This document shows positions 29,139 through 39,940 of a stretch of DNA of 64,000 nucleotides, piece by piece. The position numbers and the translations under genes were made by a program. A model generated the notes under the pieces. It saw nothing but the letters and a program-made list of their open reading frames with translations. It ran no database searches and was not told where the DNA came from. The stretch covers positions 468-64,467 of the forward strand of contig CAZUCU010000001.1 of NCBI GenBank assembly GCA_964618845.1, read 5' to 3'. Each line of letters opens with the position of its first letter. Position 1 is the first letter of the stretch. Source of the DNA: an uncultured Candidatus Saccharibacteria bacterium (GTDB taxonomy: Bacteria > Patescibacteriota > Minisyncoccia > Phycocordibacterales > JAACPR01).

Positions 29139-30432
29139 AAAAATATATAAAATAGTATTTTTGATTATCTTTATTATTATTTTTTTGCCATTTGTTTCTC
29201 AATCAGAAACCGTAGAAGAATTAGAAGATAAAATTGAGTCTTTTGAAGCAAGAATTCTACAATTAGAAAAAGAAATTACAGAACAAAGAGCCAAAGTTCA
29301 AGATACTTCAAAGAAAGCAGCTGATTTACAATCCGTAGTAAATTCTTTAAATGCAACAAAAAAAACATTAGAAAAGGAAATTGCCAGGACAGAAACAGTA
29401 ATAGATAAAAGTAAAACGAATATTGAAAAATTATCTATAGAAATTGATGACAAAAATCAAAAGATAAAAATTACTAATAAAGCTTTGGCAGAATCTATTA
29501 GGTCTTTAAATATGCTTGAGGAAAGATCTTTTTTTGAGATGTTATTTTCAAGTCAAACTATATCAGAATTTTCTAATGATTTGATAAATGTACAAAAGGT
29601 CAAAGACAGATTAAAAAGAACAAAATATGAATTATTAAATTTAAATCAGGAATTAAGTGTTAAAAAAGATGAAGAAGAAGGTGAAAAAGAAAATTTAGAA
29701 CAAGAACAAAAAAAATTAGTTGGTCAAAAACAAACTGTTGAGTATACAAAAAAAGAAAAAGATTCTCTGCTTGCAATTACAAAAAATGAGGAGGCCCGAT
29801 ATAAAACATTATTAGCAGAAAAAGAAGCACAAAAAAAGGCTTTTGAAGCCGAACTTTTTGATATAGAATCGAAATTAAAAATTTTAATAGATCCCAATAG
29901 CTATCCTACAGCAAAAAAGGGAGTTTTAGATTGGCCTGTTTCTGGTTTTAGAATTACTCAATTTTTTGGTAATACTACTTTTGCACGCAGTAATCCACAA
30001 TTTTATTCAAGTGGATTTCATAATGGAGTAGATTTAGCTATACCAATTGGTACTTCTGTTCGCTCAACTGATTCTGGTGTTATAATGGGATTTGATAACA
30101 CAGACAGATATCCAGGTTGTTATTCTTGGGGTGGATGGGTTTTAGTCAAACACGATAATGGTCTGTCTACTCTTTATGCTCATCTATCGAGTTCAATAGT
30201 AAAAGTTGGTCAAAGAGTAGAAAGAGGACAAACAATTGCATATAGTGGAAGCACTGGTATGTCAACTGGACCACACCTTCACTTCACTGTTTATGCAAGC
30301 CAAGGAGTAACTGTAAGATATTATAAAGATGTCAAACCAAGCACCATTGGTTGTGGAGCAACCAATGCCCAAATTCCGATAGCATCGCTTGATTCTTATC
30401 TTGATCCAATGCTTTATTTACCACAATTATAA
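29110..30432 (+). CDS. M23-family peptidase with an N-terminal coiled coil (EnvC/LytM-like murein hydrolase or activator)
   Basis: HNGVDLAIPIGTSVRS and GSTGMSTGPHLHF M23 motifs. Long coiled-coil N-terminus. Signal/TM. Confidence 0.8.
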   Translation: MKMQLQNWDKKIYKIVFLIIFIIIFLPFVSQSETVEELEDKIESFEARILQLEKEITEQRAKVQDTSKKAADLQSVVNSLNATKKTLEKEIARTETVIDKSKTNIEKLSIEIDDKNQKIKITNKALAESIRSLNMLEERSFFEMLFSSQTISEFSNDLINVQKVKDRLKRTKYELLNLNQELSVKKDEEEGEKENLEQEQKKLVGQKQTVEYTKKEKDSLLAITKNEEARYKTLLAEKEAQKKAFEAELFDIESKLKILIDPNSYPTAKKGVLDWPVSGFRITQFFGNTTFARSNPQFYSSGFHNGVDLAIPIGTSVRSTDSGVIMGFDNTDRYPGCYSWGGWVLVKHDNGLSTLYAHLSSSIVKVGQRVERGQTIAYSGSTGMSTGPHLHFTVYASQGVTVRYYKDVKPSTIGCGATNAQIPIASLDSYLDPMLYLPQL

Positions 30433-30433
30433 A

Positions 30434-31465
30434 ATGTCACAATTAGAATTTAAAAAAATAGATAACCCCAAAAATTATCAAAATTTTATTATTGAAAACA
30501 GTGGTAAATTTACTCAGGCAGATTTTTATGGAGATTGGCATTTAAATTTGGGAAAAGGTGTATACCATTTTATCATCTTAAATCAAGATAAACCGGTTCT
30601 TTTTATGCAAATAATTGAAATTAATGCACTTTTTAATCAAAAATTTTTATATTCTCCATATGGACCGATTTATAAAAAAGAGTTCTTAAAAGAAATTTTA
30701 CCCGTGCTTAAAAATGGATTAATAAAAGAATTTAAAAACACAAAAAATTTCTTTTGCCGGTTAGACTTTTGTCCAACATTAAACAAAGAACAAGAAGATT
30801 TAATAAAAAAATATTTTTGGAAATCGAATAAAAAAATCTACAAAGGGTCTCTTTTTCAACCAAGAGACGAGTGGGTATTAGATTTAAACAAAGAGGAAGA
30901 TGAGATTTATAAAAATATTGACAAAAAAAATAGATATTGTATTAGGCAAGCTGAAAAAAGGGGAGTGGTGGTAGAAATTATTACTGATCAGTTTAATAGA
31001 TATTTTGAAGAATTTTACAAATTACTTTTGGAAACTTCAAAGAGAAATAATTTTGGAATTCATAAAAAAGAATATTATCAGGAAATTTTCAATTCAATAC
31101 AAAAAAATAAAAATGGATATTTAGTTAGATCAATTTATAAAGGAAAAATTAATGATTCTCTTTTATTTTTAAACTTTGGAAAGACAACAATGTTTATATT
31201 TGGTGCTTCAAGTGACTTAAATAGGACTCTACCTACAGCTCACTTAGCTCAGTGGCATAGTATTCTGTACGCAAAAAGCATTGGTATGGATTTATACAAT
31301 TTTGGTGGAATATCGACTGATTCTGATCCAATACCGAGTCTTGAAAAAGTAACAAGGTTTAAGAAGAGATTTGGGGGATATATATTTAAACATTCTCAAT
31401 ATTTTGATCTGATAATTAATAGGTTTTGGTATTTGTTGTTTATAATAAGAAAATTTATAAAATAG
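30434..31465 (+). CDS. Putative FemAB-family peptidoglycan aminoacyltransferase (start taken at MSQLEF)
   Basis: Size and composition fit FemX-like GNAT-fold proteins. The neighbourhood (M23 peptidase, murG, gltX) is consistent. Motif recognition is weak. Confidence 0.45.
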   Translation: MSQLEFKKIDNPKNYQNFIIENSGKFTQADFYGDWHLNLGKGVYHFIILNQDKPVLFMQIIEINALFNQKFLYSPYGPIYKKEFLKEILPVLKNGLIKEFKNTKNFFCRLDFCPTLNKEQEDLIKKYFWKSNKKIYKGSLFQPRDEWVLDLNKEEDEIYKNIDKKNRYCIRQAEKRGVVVEIITDQFNRYFEEFYKLLLETSKRNNFGIHKKEYYQEIFNSIQKNKNGYLVRSIYKGKINDSLLFLNFGKTTMFIFGASSDLNRTLPTAHLAQWHSILYAKSIGMDLYNFGGISTDSDPIPSLEKVTRFKKRFGGYIFKHSQYFDLIINRFWYLLFIIRKFIK

Positions 31466-31569
31466 AAATCCCGTGGTCTTAGTCATATTGTATAGGGCGC
31501 AAAGATATATTGTGCGACATAGATATATAGAGCAAAAGGCGCTTCCCCCTCCAAAAGAAAGCACAAAGT

Positions 31570-31635
31570 TCGAAATCAGAAATATAAAATTCTTCGATCA
31601 GGCTCAGAACAAGCAAATCAGAAATCCAAATATCC
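31570..31635. repeat. GAAATCAGAAAT / CAAATCAGAAATCC purine-rich heptamer repeats (GAAATCC family)
   Basis: Seen directly. Related arrays lie at 39260-39294, 39394-39466 and 53107-53125. Confidence 0.6.
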
Positions 31636-31710
31636 TCTTTTGTGTTTGTATTATTATTTTGTATTTTGTGCTTGGTACTTCGGATTTATTTTTTTACCTC
31701 TCCCCCAGAC

Positions 31711-31752
31711 AAACCAAAAATCCCCAGGATAAACCTTGGGGATTTTTGGTAA
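31711..31752. terminator. Bidirectional intrinsic terminator (stem CCCCAGG / CCTTGGGG, flanked by an A-run and a T-run) between the convergent FemAB-like gene and the SLT-like gene
   Basis: Seen directly. Confidence 0.65.
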
Positions 31753-31762
31753 ATGGAATAAT

Positions 31763-32200
31763 TTAATTACTGTTCATCGCAATACCTTCACCTTTGTTCC
31801 AACATTTGGAAGATGAATACCAGGGTTTTAATCCTTGAGTTTCATATAAATGTTTTGCATAAGCAAGGTTTCCTTCGAGAGTATAAATGTCGTGACCTAA
31901 TTTTTTGGAATTTTCTAAATGAAAATATTCATTTATTTGCATGATCCCAACATCTAATCGATTTTTCACACCTCGTAGGGTATTTCCATTCGCATCGAAT
32001 TGATTGTATTTTGATTCGCAGAATGCGACTTTTGAAAGTATTGGTGTATTTGTGAAGTACTCTTTGACAGTTTCTTCAACTGTTTTGGGCTCTTCCAAAG
32101 CCTCGTTCTTGATGCTCTCATCAACAGTCGTTGTTGATGCGACGCTATCAAGGCTTGCGATATTTACTGAGTTAGCTCCTGTTACAGATGCTACAAGCAT
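31763..32200 (-). CDS. Lytic transglycosylase (SLT/lysozyme-like) domain protein, secreted
   Basis: AFCESKYNQF ... GIMQINE matches the SLT catalytic E-S ... G-[LI]-M-Q-I block. 145 aa. Confidence 0.55.
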   Translation of the reverse strand: MLVASVTGANSVNIASLDSVASTTTVDESIKNEALEEPKTVEETVKEYFTNTPILSKVAFCESKYNQFDANGNTLRGVKNRLDVGIMQINEYFHLENSKKLGHDIYTLEGNLAYAKHLYETQGLKPWYSSSKCWNKGEGIAMNSN

Positions 32201-32458
32201 CGCAAGTCCGATAGTAAATTGTATAATAAGCCTACTTTTAACTGTAATCTACACATGCAACCCTATATGGAGTGTAGGTTTTGAGTTATTTTTAGATTAT
32301 GGATTTTTATTCCAATTCTATTATCTTCAATCAAATTTTATTGATTCAAGCCCTGTTTACAGGCCCCAAAACTAAAGTTCGGTGTGCTTAACCGAACAGT
32401 AAATATTGTACCATATTTTGAATTATAATCAACATTACACTATTAATTTAATGTATTG

Positions 32459-32818
32459 TCAATGCTCAAAATATGGCTTAAAACCTGCCTTTTCTGCTTC
32501 TTCTTGACTTTTAAAATAAATTCTATTCTTCTCAGAAAGAGAATTTGCTCGATTTGAGTCTATTTGATAATAGTACTTTCCTCTGCTTGAAGCGACAAAT
32601 AAAAATATACTTGATGAAGTTGCAATTTTTTCTTCTTCGGTTTGTTTAGATTCACTAATTATTATAATTTTTTCTTCTTTACTCAATACTTTATTCCATA
32701 CAAAAAATATACCTATCGTTAAAAATAATAAATAAAAACCAATATCAACAAGCATTTCCATAATAATTTTTCTTTTAAAAAGTCGCTTGATTTTTATTAT
32801 TTGTTGTATTAGAATCAC
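32459..32818 (-). CDS. Hypothetical small membrane protein
   Basis: TM FYLLFLTIGIFFVW. The C-terminal NRIYFKSQEEAEKAGFKP resembles the Ada N-terminal metal-binding fold but lacks all Cys ligands. Confidence 0.4.
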   Translation of the reverse strand: MILIQQIIKIKRLFKRKIIMEMLVDIGFYLLFLTIGIFFVWNKVLSKEEKIIIISESKQTEEEKIATSSSIFLFVASSRGKYYYQIDSNRANSLSEKNRIYFKSQEEAEKAGFKPYFEH

Positions 32819-32887
32819 AGAACTTAGTATAAAACATTAAGGTTAAATTCTGATAAATAAAAGATTAAAAAATTATAAAACAAGATT

Positions 32888-33166
32888 ATGTCAAAAGTTA
32901 AAGCCGGTGGAACAGCTAAAAACCTCAGAGATTCAGGACCAAAATATTTGGGAGTAAAAATTTCTGACGGTCAAAAAGCCAAAAAAGGAAACATCATAGT
33001 AAAACAAAGAGGTACAAAATACCTTCCTGGGACAAATACAATGATCGGCAAAGATCATACTATTTTTTCAATTAAAGATGGGGTTGTTAAATTTTCAACA
33101 AAAAGAAAAACCAGATTTGATTCAAAAAAAGTTACAAGAAAATTAGTTGAAGTTATATCTAAATAA
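32888..33166 (+). CDS. rpmA: 50S ribosomal protein L27
   Basis: AGGTAKNLRDSGPKYLGVK ... KQRGTKYLPGTN signature. Confidence 0.9.
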   Translation: MSKVKAGGTAKNLRDSGPKYLGVKISDGQKAKKGNIIVKQRGTKYLPGTNTMIGKDHTIFSIKDGVVKFSTKRKTRFDSKKVTRKLVEVISK

Positions 33167-33182
33167 GTAAAGATTGATTTTT

Positions 33183-33614
33183 TTATTTTATTTCTAAAGT
33201 AAAACTTCCCTCTTTGTTTTTACTTTCCATAGGAATTTTATATATACCCACTTCTCTAATTTCTGGCATTTTAATTATTTCTTTTGCTTCTTTGTTTTCT
33301 ATAACCCGCAACACCTCGTCTAAATGAAGTTTAGAGAACATATGTCCCTTATCATTTTTTGCTACTCCAAGTTCAAAACTCTTACCATTTAATGAATCAA
33401 TAATCAAATTTAACTTTGCTATCTGGGTATTTTTTTCTTCTTCTAATGCAGACTTTTTTGTCTCAATGTTGGAAATTGCACTCTCTGAAGCTTCAATCGC
33501 TAATCCTTTTGGTAAAAGCAGGTTAAGAGCATAACCGGTCTTGACCTCTTTGATATCATCCTTTTTCCCCAAATTTAGTACATCTTTTAATAGAATTATT
33601 TTCATTCTGCTCAT
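33183..33614 (-). CDS. rplI: 50S ribosomal protein L9
   Basis: [37 protein letters not shown]-terminal domain of L9. Confidence 0.85.
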   Translation of the reverse strand: MSRMKIILLKDVLNLGKKDDIKEVKTGYALNLLLPKGLAIEASESAISNIETKKSALEEEKNTQIAKLNLIIDSLNGKSFELGVAKNDKGHMFSKLHLDEVLRVIENKEAKEIIKMPEIREVGIYKIPMESKNKEGSFTLEIK

Positions 33615-33619
33615 AGAGC

Positions 33620-34867
33620 CTACTTTAGCATTTCAATAGCTTTTTGCAACTGAATATCTATACCTTTATCAAATTTATCCTTATCAAATTTAACCTTAAA
33701 ATTAGGTTCTAATCCCCCATCCGAAATAGATTTGCCGTTTGGAGTTAACCATTTGGCAATGGTTACTTTTAAAGATGTCTCTCCATTTATACTTAATAAT
33801 TCTTGTACAGAACCCTTACCAAAGGTGGTTTCACCAACAAGTTTTGCTACGCCGTGTTCTTCTAATGCACCAGCAACTATTTCAGAAGCTGAAGCAGAAC
33901 CTCCATCAATTAAAACTACCATTTTCAAATTTTTGGTAAAAATATCATATCCTTTACTTCTAAAAATCTTTTGTTCCCCCTCATCTCCAAAATCTTCTAT
34001 TACTATTGATTTACCAACTGGTAAAAACCAGCTTGCAATATCAATTGCGCTCTCCAAAAAACCACCAGGGTTGCCTCTCAAATCTAAAATTAATTTATTT
34101 TTTTTCGATTTAATAAATTGTCTGAGAGCATTTCTAAAATCATAACTCGATGAAGAAGTAAAATTATATAAACTTATAACAAAAACATCATCAATAGTTT
34201 TTGTTTCAAGAGTAGGTATAGTTATCTTATCTCTCATAATTTCTATAAGAATTGGGTCTTTTTCTCCTTCTCTAATAATCGTAAGCCCAACCGCAGTTTT
34301 TTGGGGACCTCTTATTTTTTTTATTGCTTCATCAACAGTAATATCCATAGAGGTTTCTCCATCAATTGCAATTATTTTATCTCCGCTTTTTATGCCAGCT
34401 TTTTCTGAAGGAGAATTTTTAAGCGGAGAAACCACTGTTAAAAACCCATCTTTGAAACCGACCTCCATCCCAACCCCCTCAAATGTTCCAGAAATTGTTT
34501 CCTCAAATTGTTCACTTTCTTCTGGGGGTAAAAACACTGTGTATGGATCACCATAAGATTCAACTAATCCAGATATCGCTCCATAAATTTTGTCTTCATC
34601 CGAAATTTTTTCACCAGAGACAGAAACAAATTTTTCCTCTAAAAGATTGAAGGTTTTCCAAAATAGGTCTAAATTAATGGGTTCACTAGCACTCACCCCA
34701 TTGCTAATATGATTTTTGTTATTTCCAACAAAAAACCCGGTACCAAAAATAAGTACAAACAACATCAAACTAAAAACAATAGTGGCACTTTTTGTATAAA
34801 AATTTTTCATACGAGTATTATAGCAGAAATTTAAAGATTTGAGGATATAAAAAGATATCCCTTTCAT
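33620..34867 (-). CDS. ctpA: Carboxyl-terminal processing protease (S41 family, PDZ-containing)
   Basis: PDZ segment ([13 protein letters not shown]). S41 catalytic region (LRGNPGG ... GSASASEI). N-terminal TM. Confidence 0.85.
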   Translation of the reverse strand: MKGISFYILKSLNFCYNTRMKNFYTKSATIVFSLMLFVLIFGTGFFVGNNKNHISNGVSASEPINLDLFWKTFNLLEEKFVSVSGEKISDEDKIYGAISGLVESYGDPYTVFLPPEESEQFEETISGTFEGVGMEVGFKDGFLTVVSPLKNSPSEKAGIKSGDKIIAIDGETSMDITVDEAIKKIRGPQKTAVGLTIIREGEKDPILIEIMRDKITIPTLETKTIDDVFVISLYNFTSSSSYDFRNALRQFIKSKKNKLILDLRGNPGGFLESAIDIASWFLPVGKSIVIEDFGDEGEQKIFRSKGYDIFTKNLKMVVLIDGGSASASEIVAGALEEHGVAKLVGETTFGKGSVQELLSINGETSLKVTIAKWLTPNGKSISDGGLEPNFKVKFDKDKFDKGIDIQLQKAIEMLK

Positions 34868-34896
34868 GTTTTTGTCTTAGCATTTATAATATATTT

Positions 34897-35826
34897 ATGA
34901 TATATACTCGAAGACATAAAAATATTATTTGGATTGACTTAGATTCACCAACTAGAAATGAAGTTAGAGAACTGATTGAAAAATATGATATTGATCCAAT
35001 TGTTGCCGACGAACTTTTGATTCCGACTCTTAGATCAAGAGTTGATTTGCACGATAATTATATTTATTTAATTTTACATTTTCCTCAAAAAATAAAAGGT
35101 CATAAATACGAAAAAAATTTTAACAAAGAAACACAAGAAGTAGATTTTATTATTGGAAAAAATTTTATAATTACTGCTCGATATGGAGCAATTGATGCGC
35201 TTTTGGAATTTTCAAAAATTTTTGAAGCTAATTCTATTTTGGACAGAAGCAATATTGGAAAACATGCAGGATATGTATTTTATTATATGATTAGAAATAT
35301 TTATAAATCTATGTATGAGGAGATTCAAAATATGAGAGATAAAATCTCTGAATATGAAGAGAAGGTTTTTTCTGGGCAAGAAAGAGAGATGGTTCAAAGC
35401 CTCTCCCAAATGAATCGATTACTTTTGTATTTTAAAGAATCCCTTTTGTTTCATAAAGAAATTTTAATTTCTTTTGAAGAGGCGGGGAAAAAAAATTTTG
35501 AACCAGAATTTACTTACTATTTGCGAGCAGTATTGGGAGAATATTATAAAGTTCAAAATATTCTTGAAAGTTCGAGGGATTATCTTTCAGAAATAAGAAA
35601 TACCAACGACTCATTACTTTCAACTAAACAAAATGAATTTATGAAAATGATAGCAATAATTACTTTGCTAACCTTCCCCACCACTTTAATTTCAAATATA
35701 TTTAGTATGAATACTGAAAGTACACCAATTGTCGGTAAAATGAATGATTTTGTGATTATTGTTAGCATGATGTTTTTATCAGTTGCTATTCTATTTCTCT
35801 TTTTCAAGAAGAAGAGATGGTTTTAG
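34897..35826 (+). CDS. CorA-like divalent cation transporter
   Basis: Cytoplasmic alpha/beta domain followed by two C-terminal TM helices, with an MN motif (FSMN) at the first TM end, reminiscent of CorA GMN. Confidence 0.55.
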   Translation: MIYTRRHKNIIWIDLDSPTRNEVRELIEKYDIDPIVADELLIPTLRSRVDLHDNYIYLILHFPQKIKGHKYEKNFNKETQEVDFIIGKNFIITARYGAIDALLEFSKIFEANSILDRSNIGKHAGYVFYYMIRNIYKSMYEEIQNMRDKISEYEEKVFSGQEREMVQSLSQMNRLLLYFKESLLFHKEILISFEEAGKKNFEPEFTYYLRAVLGEYYKVQNILESSRDYLSEIRNTNDSLLSTKQNEFMKMIAIITLLTFPTTLISNIFSMNTESTPIVGKMNDFVIIVSMMFLSVAILFLFFKKKRWF

Positions 35827-35834
35827 ATTAAAAA

Positions 35835-37247
35835 ATGTTAAAGATAAAAAATACATTAACTGGAAAAATTGAGAATTTTGAGCCCTTAAAAAGGACATTT
35901 TGGGGCAAATCCAAAATCGGAATGTATAATTGTGGTCCAACTGTTTATAGTAAAGCTCATATTGGGAATTTGCGTGCATATATTTTTGCAGATTTAATAA
36001 GAAGAACTCTGGAATTTAATGGGTATAGAGTTAAACAGGTGATAAATATTACTGATGTTGGACACTTAACTTCAAATTCAGATGAGGGAGAAGATAAAAT
36101 TGAAGAACAAGCAAAAAAAGAGAATTTAAAAGCAAAAGAAATAACCCAAAAATATACTGACCTTTTTTTTTCTGATTTAGATAGATTAAATATTGATAAA
36201 AGCAAGATTTTATTTCCCAAGGCCACAGAACACATAAAAGAACAAATTGATATAATAAAAAAATTAGAAAAAAAAGGTTTTACTTATAAAATTTCTGATG
36301 GTATCTATTTTGATACTCTAAAATTTAAAGATTATGGAAAACTTGGAAAGATAGATATCAAAGGATTAGAGGGAGGTGCAAGAATTGAAGTAAATAAAGA
36401 AAAAAGAAATTCAACTGATTTTGCTCTTTGGAAATTTACTCCACGACAAAACTCGAGGCAAGGTGGCAGACAGCAAGAATGGAAATCTCCTTGGGGTATA
36501 GGTTTCCCTGGGTGGCACTTAGAGTGTTCTGCTATGAGCATGAAATATTTGGGAGAGACTTTTGATATTCACACGGGAGGAATTGATCATATTAACACTC
36601 ATCATAATAATGAAATTGCTCAATCGGAAAGCGCTACTGGAAAAGCTTTAGCAAAGTATTGGATGCATGTAAATCATATTCAAATAAACGGAGAAAAAAT
36701 TTCTAAATCAATAGGTAATGTGGTATATCTTGATGAACTTGAATCAAGGGGATATACTTCAATGAGTTATAAATATCTTTTACTTACCGCTCACTACTCT
36801 ACTCTTTTGAATTACACTGAGGAAAATTTAAGGGCTTCTCAAAAAGCTTTGTTTAGGATTTATAGTTTTCTTTTAGGAGTTACCAGTGATCAATTATCAG
36901 AGATCAGTGAAGATTATTATAAAAAATTTAAAGAAGCAATTAATGATGATTTAAATACGGCGAAAGCCATTGCAATTATTTTTGAATTACTATCAGATAA
37001 AGGAATCTCAAATCAAGATAAAAAAACAACAATATTGAAGTTTAATAAAGTTTTAAATTTGGGGTTTGATAATCCAATAATTTTAAAAACAGAAATACCA
37101 GAAGAAGTTTTAAACCTTGCAAATGAAAGACTAAAAGCGAGAAAAAATAAAGATTTTGTAGAATCAGATAAATTGAGAGAAAAAATAAAACATTTAGGTT
37201 TTGAAATAAAAGATGTCCCCGAAGGCTTTAAATTAGATAGAATATAA
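35835..37247 (+). CDS. cysS: Cysteine--tRNA ligase
   Basis: MYNCGPTVYSKAHIGNLRAY (HIGH) and KISKS. Zn-binding Cys. 470 aa. Confidence 0.9.
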   Translation: MLKIKNTLTGKIENFEPLKRTFWGKSKIGMYNCGPTVYSKAHIGNLRAYIFADLIRRTLEFNGYRVKQVINITDVGHLTSNSDEGEDKIEEQAKKENLKAKEITQKYTDLFFSDLDRLNIDKSKILFPKATEHIKEQIDIIKKLEKKGFTYKISDGIYFDTLKFKDYGKLGKIDIKGLEGGARIEVNKEKRNSTDFALWKFTPRQNSRQGGRQQEWKSPWGIGFPGWHLECSAMSMKYLGETFDIHTGGIDHINTHHNNEIAQSESATGKALAKYWMHVNHIQINGEKISKSIGNVVYLDELESRGYTSMSYKYLLLTAHYSTLLNYTEENLRASQKALFRIYSFLLGVTSDQLSEISEDYYKKFKEAINDDLNTAKAIAIIFELLSDKGISNQDKKTTILKFNKVLNLGFDNPIILKTEIPEEVLNLANERLKARKNKDFVESDKLREKIKHLGFEIKDVPEGFKLDRI

Positions 37248-37341
37248 AGACTATTTTTATCTTGAGATTTAATACATAAAATAACAAATAAAACAATGTG
37301 TTTTGATAAATTTGTCAAATTTGATTTTTCCCCAATTCATC

Positions 37342-37383
37342 CACTTTTCTTAAACTTTTCACTTCTCGCGGTTCTCTTCTCGC
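37342..37383. repeat. GAGAAGC-family motif cluster upstream of dnaB (reverse orientation relative to the copy upstream of dnaK)
   Basis: The reverse complement reads AGCGAGAAGAGAACCGCGAGAAGTGAAAAGTTTAAGAAAAGTGG. It shares GAGAAGTGAAAAGT with 15370-15385. Confidence 0.6.
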
Positions 37384-37401
37384 TATGATAACATTACATT
37401 T

Positions 37402-38763
37402 ATGAATTCATTAAAAATCCCACCACAAAGTCAAGAAAGTGAGAAAGCTTTAATTGGAGCAATTTTGCTTCGACCAGAAGCAATTTATGAAATTATGGAT
37501 ATGATTTCTCCCGAAGCATTTTATGCCACCAAAAATAAACTAATTTTCCAAACAATGCTTGAACTGATCAGTAAAGGAATAGAGATAGATTCTGTTTCTG
37601 TCTCCGAAAAACTTCGAGAAAAAGGAAATTTTGATAAAACAGGAGGAAAATCATATATAGCAGAACTTTTGGACTCTGTTCCCTCTTCCTCTAATATTAA
37701 ACATTATGCAAATATAATTTTAAAGAAAAAATTAATGCGAGATCTTTTAGAAGTAGCTGATCATTTATCTTTTCTGGGTTATGAAGAATCAAAAGAAATT
37801 GAAGAAATATTAGATGAAGCCGAAAAAAAAGTTTTCTCTGTTACAAATTTAAAAACTACAAAAAATTATATTGAACTCAAAAAAGCTCTTGGTGAAGCAT
37901 TTGAAAGATTGGATAGACTACATAAATCAAAAGAAGATTTAAGAGGTATACCTACTGGTTTTGCTGGGCTTGATAATTTACTCTCTGGATTTCAAAAATC
38001 AGATTTAATAATTTTGGCAGCTCGTCCCTCTATGGGAAAAACCTCTCTGGCTTTAGATATTTCAAGAAAAGTTGCATTAAATTATAAAATTCCTGTAATA
38101 TTTTTTTCTCTTGAAATGAGTCACGACCAACTGGTAGATAGGGTTTTGGCAGCTGAATCTGGTGTTAATTCTTTTAATATTAGACGAGGGAAGGGACTTA
38201 AAGAACAGGATTTTGAAAATATTGGTAATGCGATATCACGACTTTCTGAAGCACCGTTTTTTATAGAAGATACCTCTGGATTAAATATTATTCAAATGAA
38301 ATCAATGATTCGAAGAATTATTTCTGAAAAATTTAAAGATGGGGATAGAGGTTTAGTAGTTGTGGATTATTTACAACTTATGACACCAACAAATTCTCGA
38401 ATTGATAATACCGTAGCTCAAATTACAGAAATTTCTAGATCACTAAAAGGTATGGCAAAAGAATTTAGAATTCCCGTTATTGCTCTTTCACAACTTTCAA
38501 GAGCAGTAGAGTCAAGAGGTGGAAAACCTCGATTATCAGATCTGAGAGATTCTGGCGCAATCGAACAAGATGCCGACGTTGTTATGTTTATTCATCGAGA
38601 AGATAAATATAACGAAGAATCTAATAAGCCAAATATTGCGCAGATTCTAATTGAAAAACACAGAAATGGACCAACGGGTCGAGTTGATCTCTATTTTGAC
38701 GAAAAGAAAACAACCTTTGTTGATATAGATAAAACTCACAGTAATCTTCTTGAAAATTTTTAA
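37402..38763 (+). CDS. dnaB: Replicative DNA helicase DnaB
   Basis: SQESEKALIGAILL N-terminal domain. Walker A (ARPSMGKTS). RecA-like C-terminal domain. 453 aa. Confidence 0.9.
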   Translation: MNSLKIPPQSQESEKALIGAILLRPEAIYEIMDMISPEAFYATKNKLIFQTMLELISKGIEIDSVSVSEKLREKGNFDKTGGKSYIAELLDSVPSSSNIKHYANIILKKKLMRDLLEVADHLSFLGYEESKEIEEILDEAEKKVFSVTNLKTTKNYIELKKALGEAFERLDRLHKSKEDLRGIPTGFAGLDNLLSGFQKSDLIILAARPSMGKTSLALDISRKVALNYKIPVIFFSLEMSHDQLVDRVLAAESGVNSFNIRRGKGLKEQDFENIGNAISRLSEAPFFIEDTSGLNIIQMKSMIRRIISEKFKDGDRGLVVVDYLQLMTPTNSRIDNTVAQITEISRSLKGMAKEFRIPVIALSQLSRAVESRGGKPRLSDLRDSGAIEQDADVVMFIHREDKYNEESNKPNIAQILIEKHRNGPTGRVDLYFDEKKTTFVDIDKTHSNLLENF

Positions 38764-38772
38764 ATTTAAAAT

Positions 38773-39381
38773 ATGAATATTATTGACGAACTAACAGAAT
38801 TATTTAAGGAATTTCCCGGGATTGGTCCGCGTCAGGCCCGAAGATTTGTTTACTATTTACTTAGAAAAAACGGGGATTACATAAACAAAATAGTCACCCT
38901 CATTCCAGAACTGCGAAAAAAAACTAAAACTTGTAATGAGTGTTTTCGATTTTTTTCTTCCCCGTCTTCTAAATGTAGTATTTGTGAAAATAAAAACCGC
39001 AATTCAAAAATTTTGATGGTTGTTGCTCGAGATTCTGATCTTGAAAATATAGAAAAAACAGATACTTTTAATGGGTATTATTTTGTACTTGGTGGACTTT
39101 TGCCAGTACTTGAGAAAGATAGCAAAAAGCATATTAGACTTAATGAACTTTTAAAACTAATTTCTCAAAAAAAAGATCTTGGGGAAATAATTCTGGCCTT
39201 TCCAGTAAATCCCGAAGGAGATAACACTGCTCAATTTCTTAAAAAAGAAATTGAACAACAAATTCGAAATTCGAAATCCGAAATCCGAATTTCTACATTG
39301 GGAAGAGGACTTTCTACAGGATTAGAACTTGAATATTCAGACAAAGAAACAATCAAAAATGCACTACAAAATAGAAACTAA
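38773..39381 (+). CDS. recR: Recombination protein RecR
   Basis: FPGIGPRQARRFVYYL helix-hairpin-helix. Cys4 zinc finger. Toprim domain. The C-terminus contains repeat-derived IRNSKSEIRIS. Confidence 0.85.
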   Translation: MNIIDELTELFKEFPGIGPRQARRFVYYLLRKNGDYINKIVTLIPELRKKTKTCNECFRFFSSPSSKCSICENKNRNSKILMVVARDSDLENIEKTDTFNGYYFVLGGLLPVLEKDSKKHIRLNELLKLISQKKDLGEIILAFPVNPEGDNTAQFLKKEIEQQIRNSKSEIRISTLGRGLSTGLELEYSDKETIKNALQNRN

Positions 39382-39466
39382 AGAACAAATATAAAATCCG
39401 AAATACGAAATCAGAAATTCAAAACAAATCCGAAATTAGAAATACGAAATTCCAAACACGAGTTTT
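39260..39466. repeat. Two arrays of GAAATYC / CGAAAT heptamer repeats, one inside the recR 3' coding region and one downstream
   Basis: AAATTCGAAATTCGAAATCCGAAATCCGAATTTC (39260-39294) and AAAATCCGAAATACGAAATCAGAAATTCAAAACAAATCCGAAATTAGAAATACGAAATTCC (39394-39466). Confidence 0.8.
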
Positions 39467-39506
39467 AAATTTCTAATTTTGTGCTTAGTGCTTCGAATTT
39501 AATTAT

Positions 39507-39896
39507 CTAGATCTTAACGATCTTAACTTTCATAAAATCTTGTCTGTGTCCCCTTTTTATAAAATATCGAGATTTTGCTTTGTATTTGATAACAACAATT
39601 TTTTTATCCTTTCCTTGTTCTACTAACTCCCCCTCTACAGATGCACCTTTAACATACGGGGTACCAATTTTGATTTCTTTTCCATCATCTATTAATAAAA
39701 CATTATCAAATTTTACTTTATTACCTCCCTTGATTTCACCACCTAATTTTGCAATTTTAATAATTTGACCGACAAAAACAACCATTTGTTTGCCTCCCGT
39801 CTCCACAACCGCATACTCCTTTGCCAAGTTCGTGCTCTTGGCGACAGCGGATTTGTCTTTTATTTTCACTTTCTCTGTTTTAGTTTCTTTTTTCAT
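39507..39896 (-). CDS. rplU: 50S ribosomal protein L21 (with a Lys-rich N-terminal extension)
   Basis: YAVVETGGKQ ... KIVVIKYKAKSRYFIKRGHRQ signature. Confidence 0.85.
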   Translation of the reverse strand: MKKETKTEKVKIKDKSAVAKSTNLAKEYAVVETGGKQMVVFVGQIIKIAKLGGEIKGGNKVKFDNVLLIDDGKEIKIGTPYVKGASVEGELVEQGKDKKIVVIKYKAKSRYFIKRGHRQDFMKVKIVKI

Positions 39897-39940
39897 AAGT
39901 CCTACGATTTTACACTATTTTTAATGTTTTGCAAGAATTT

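Noticed and set aside
32459-32818. Ada-type zinc-binding methylphosphotriester repair domain
   Set aside because: The C-terminal IYFKSQEEAEKAGFKP resembles the Ada N-terminal motif, but all four Cys ligands are absent, so a functional Ada domain is excluded. Kept as a hypothetical membrane protein.
39260-39466. CRISPR array
   Set aside because: The repeats are 6-7-nt units in direct tandem with no unique spacers of regular length. They are simple-sequence repeats, not a repeat-spacer array, and no cas genes are in the window.
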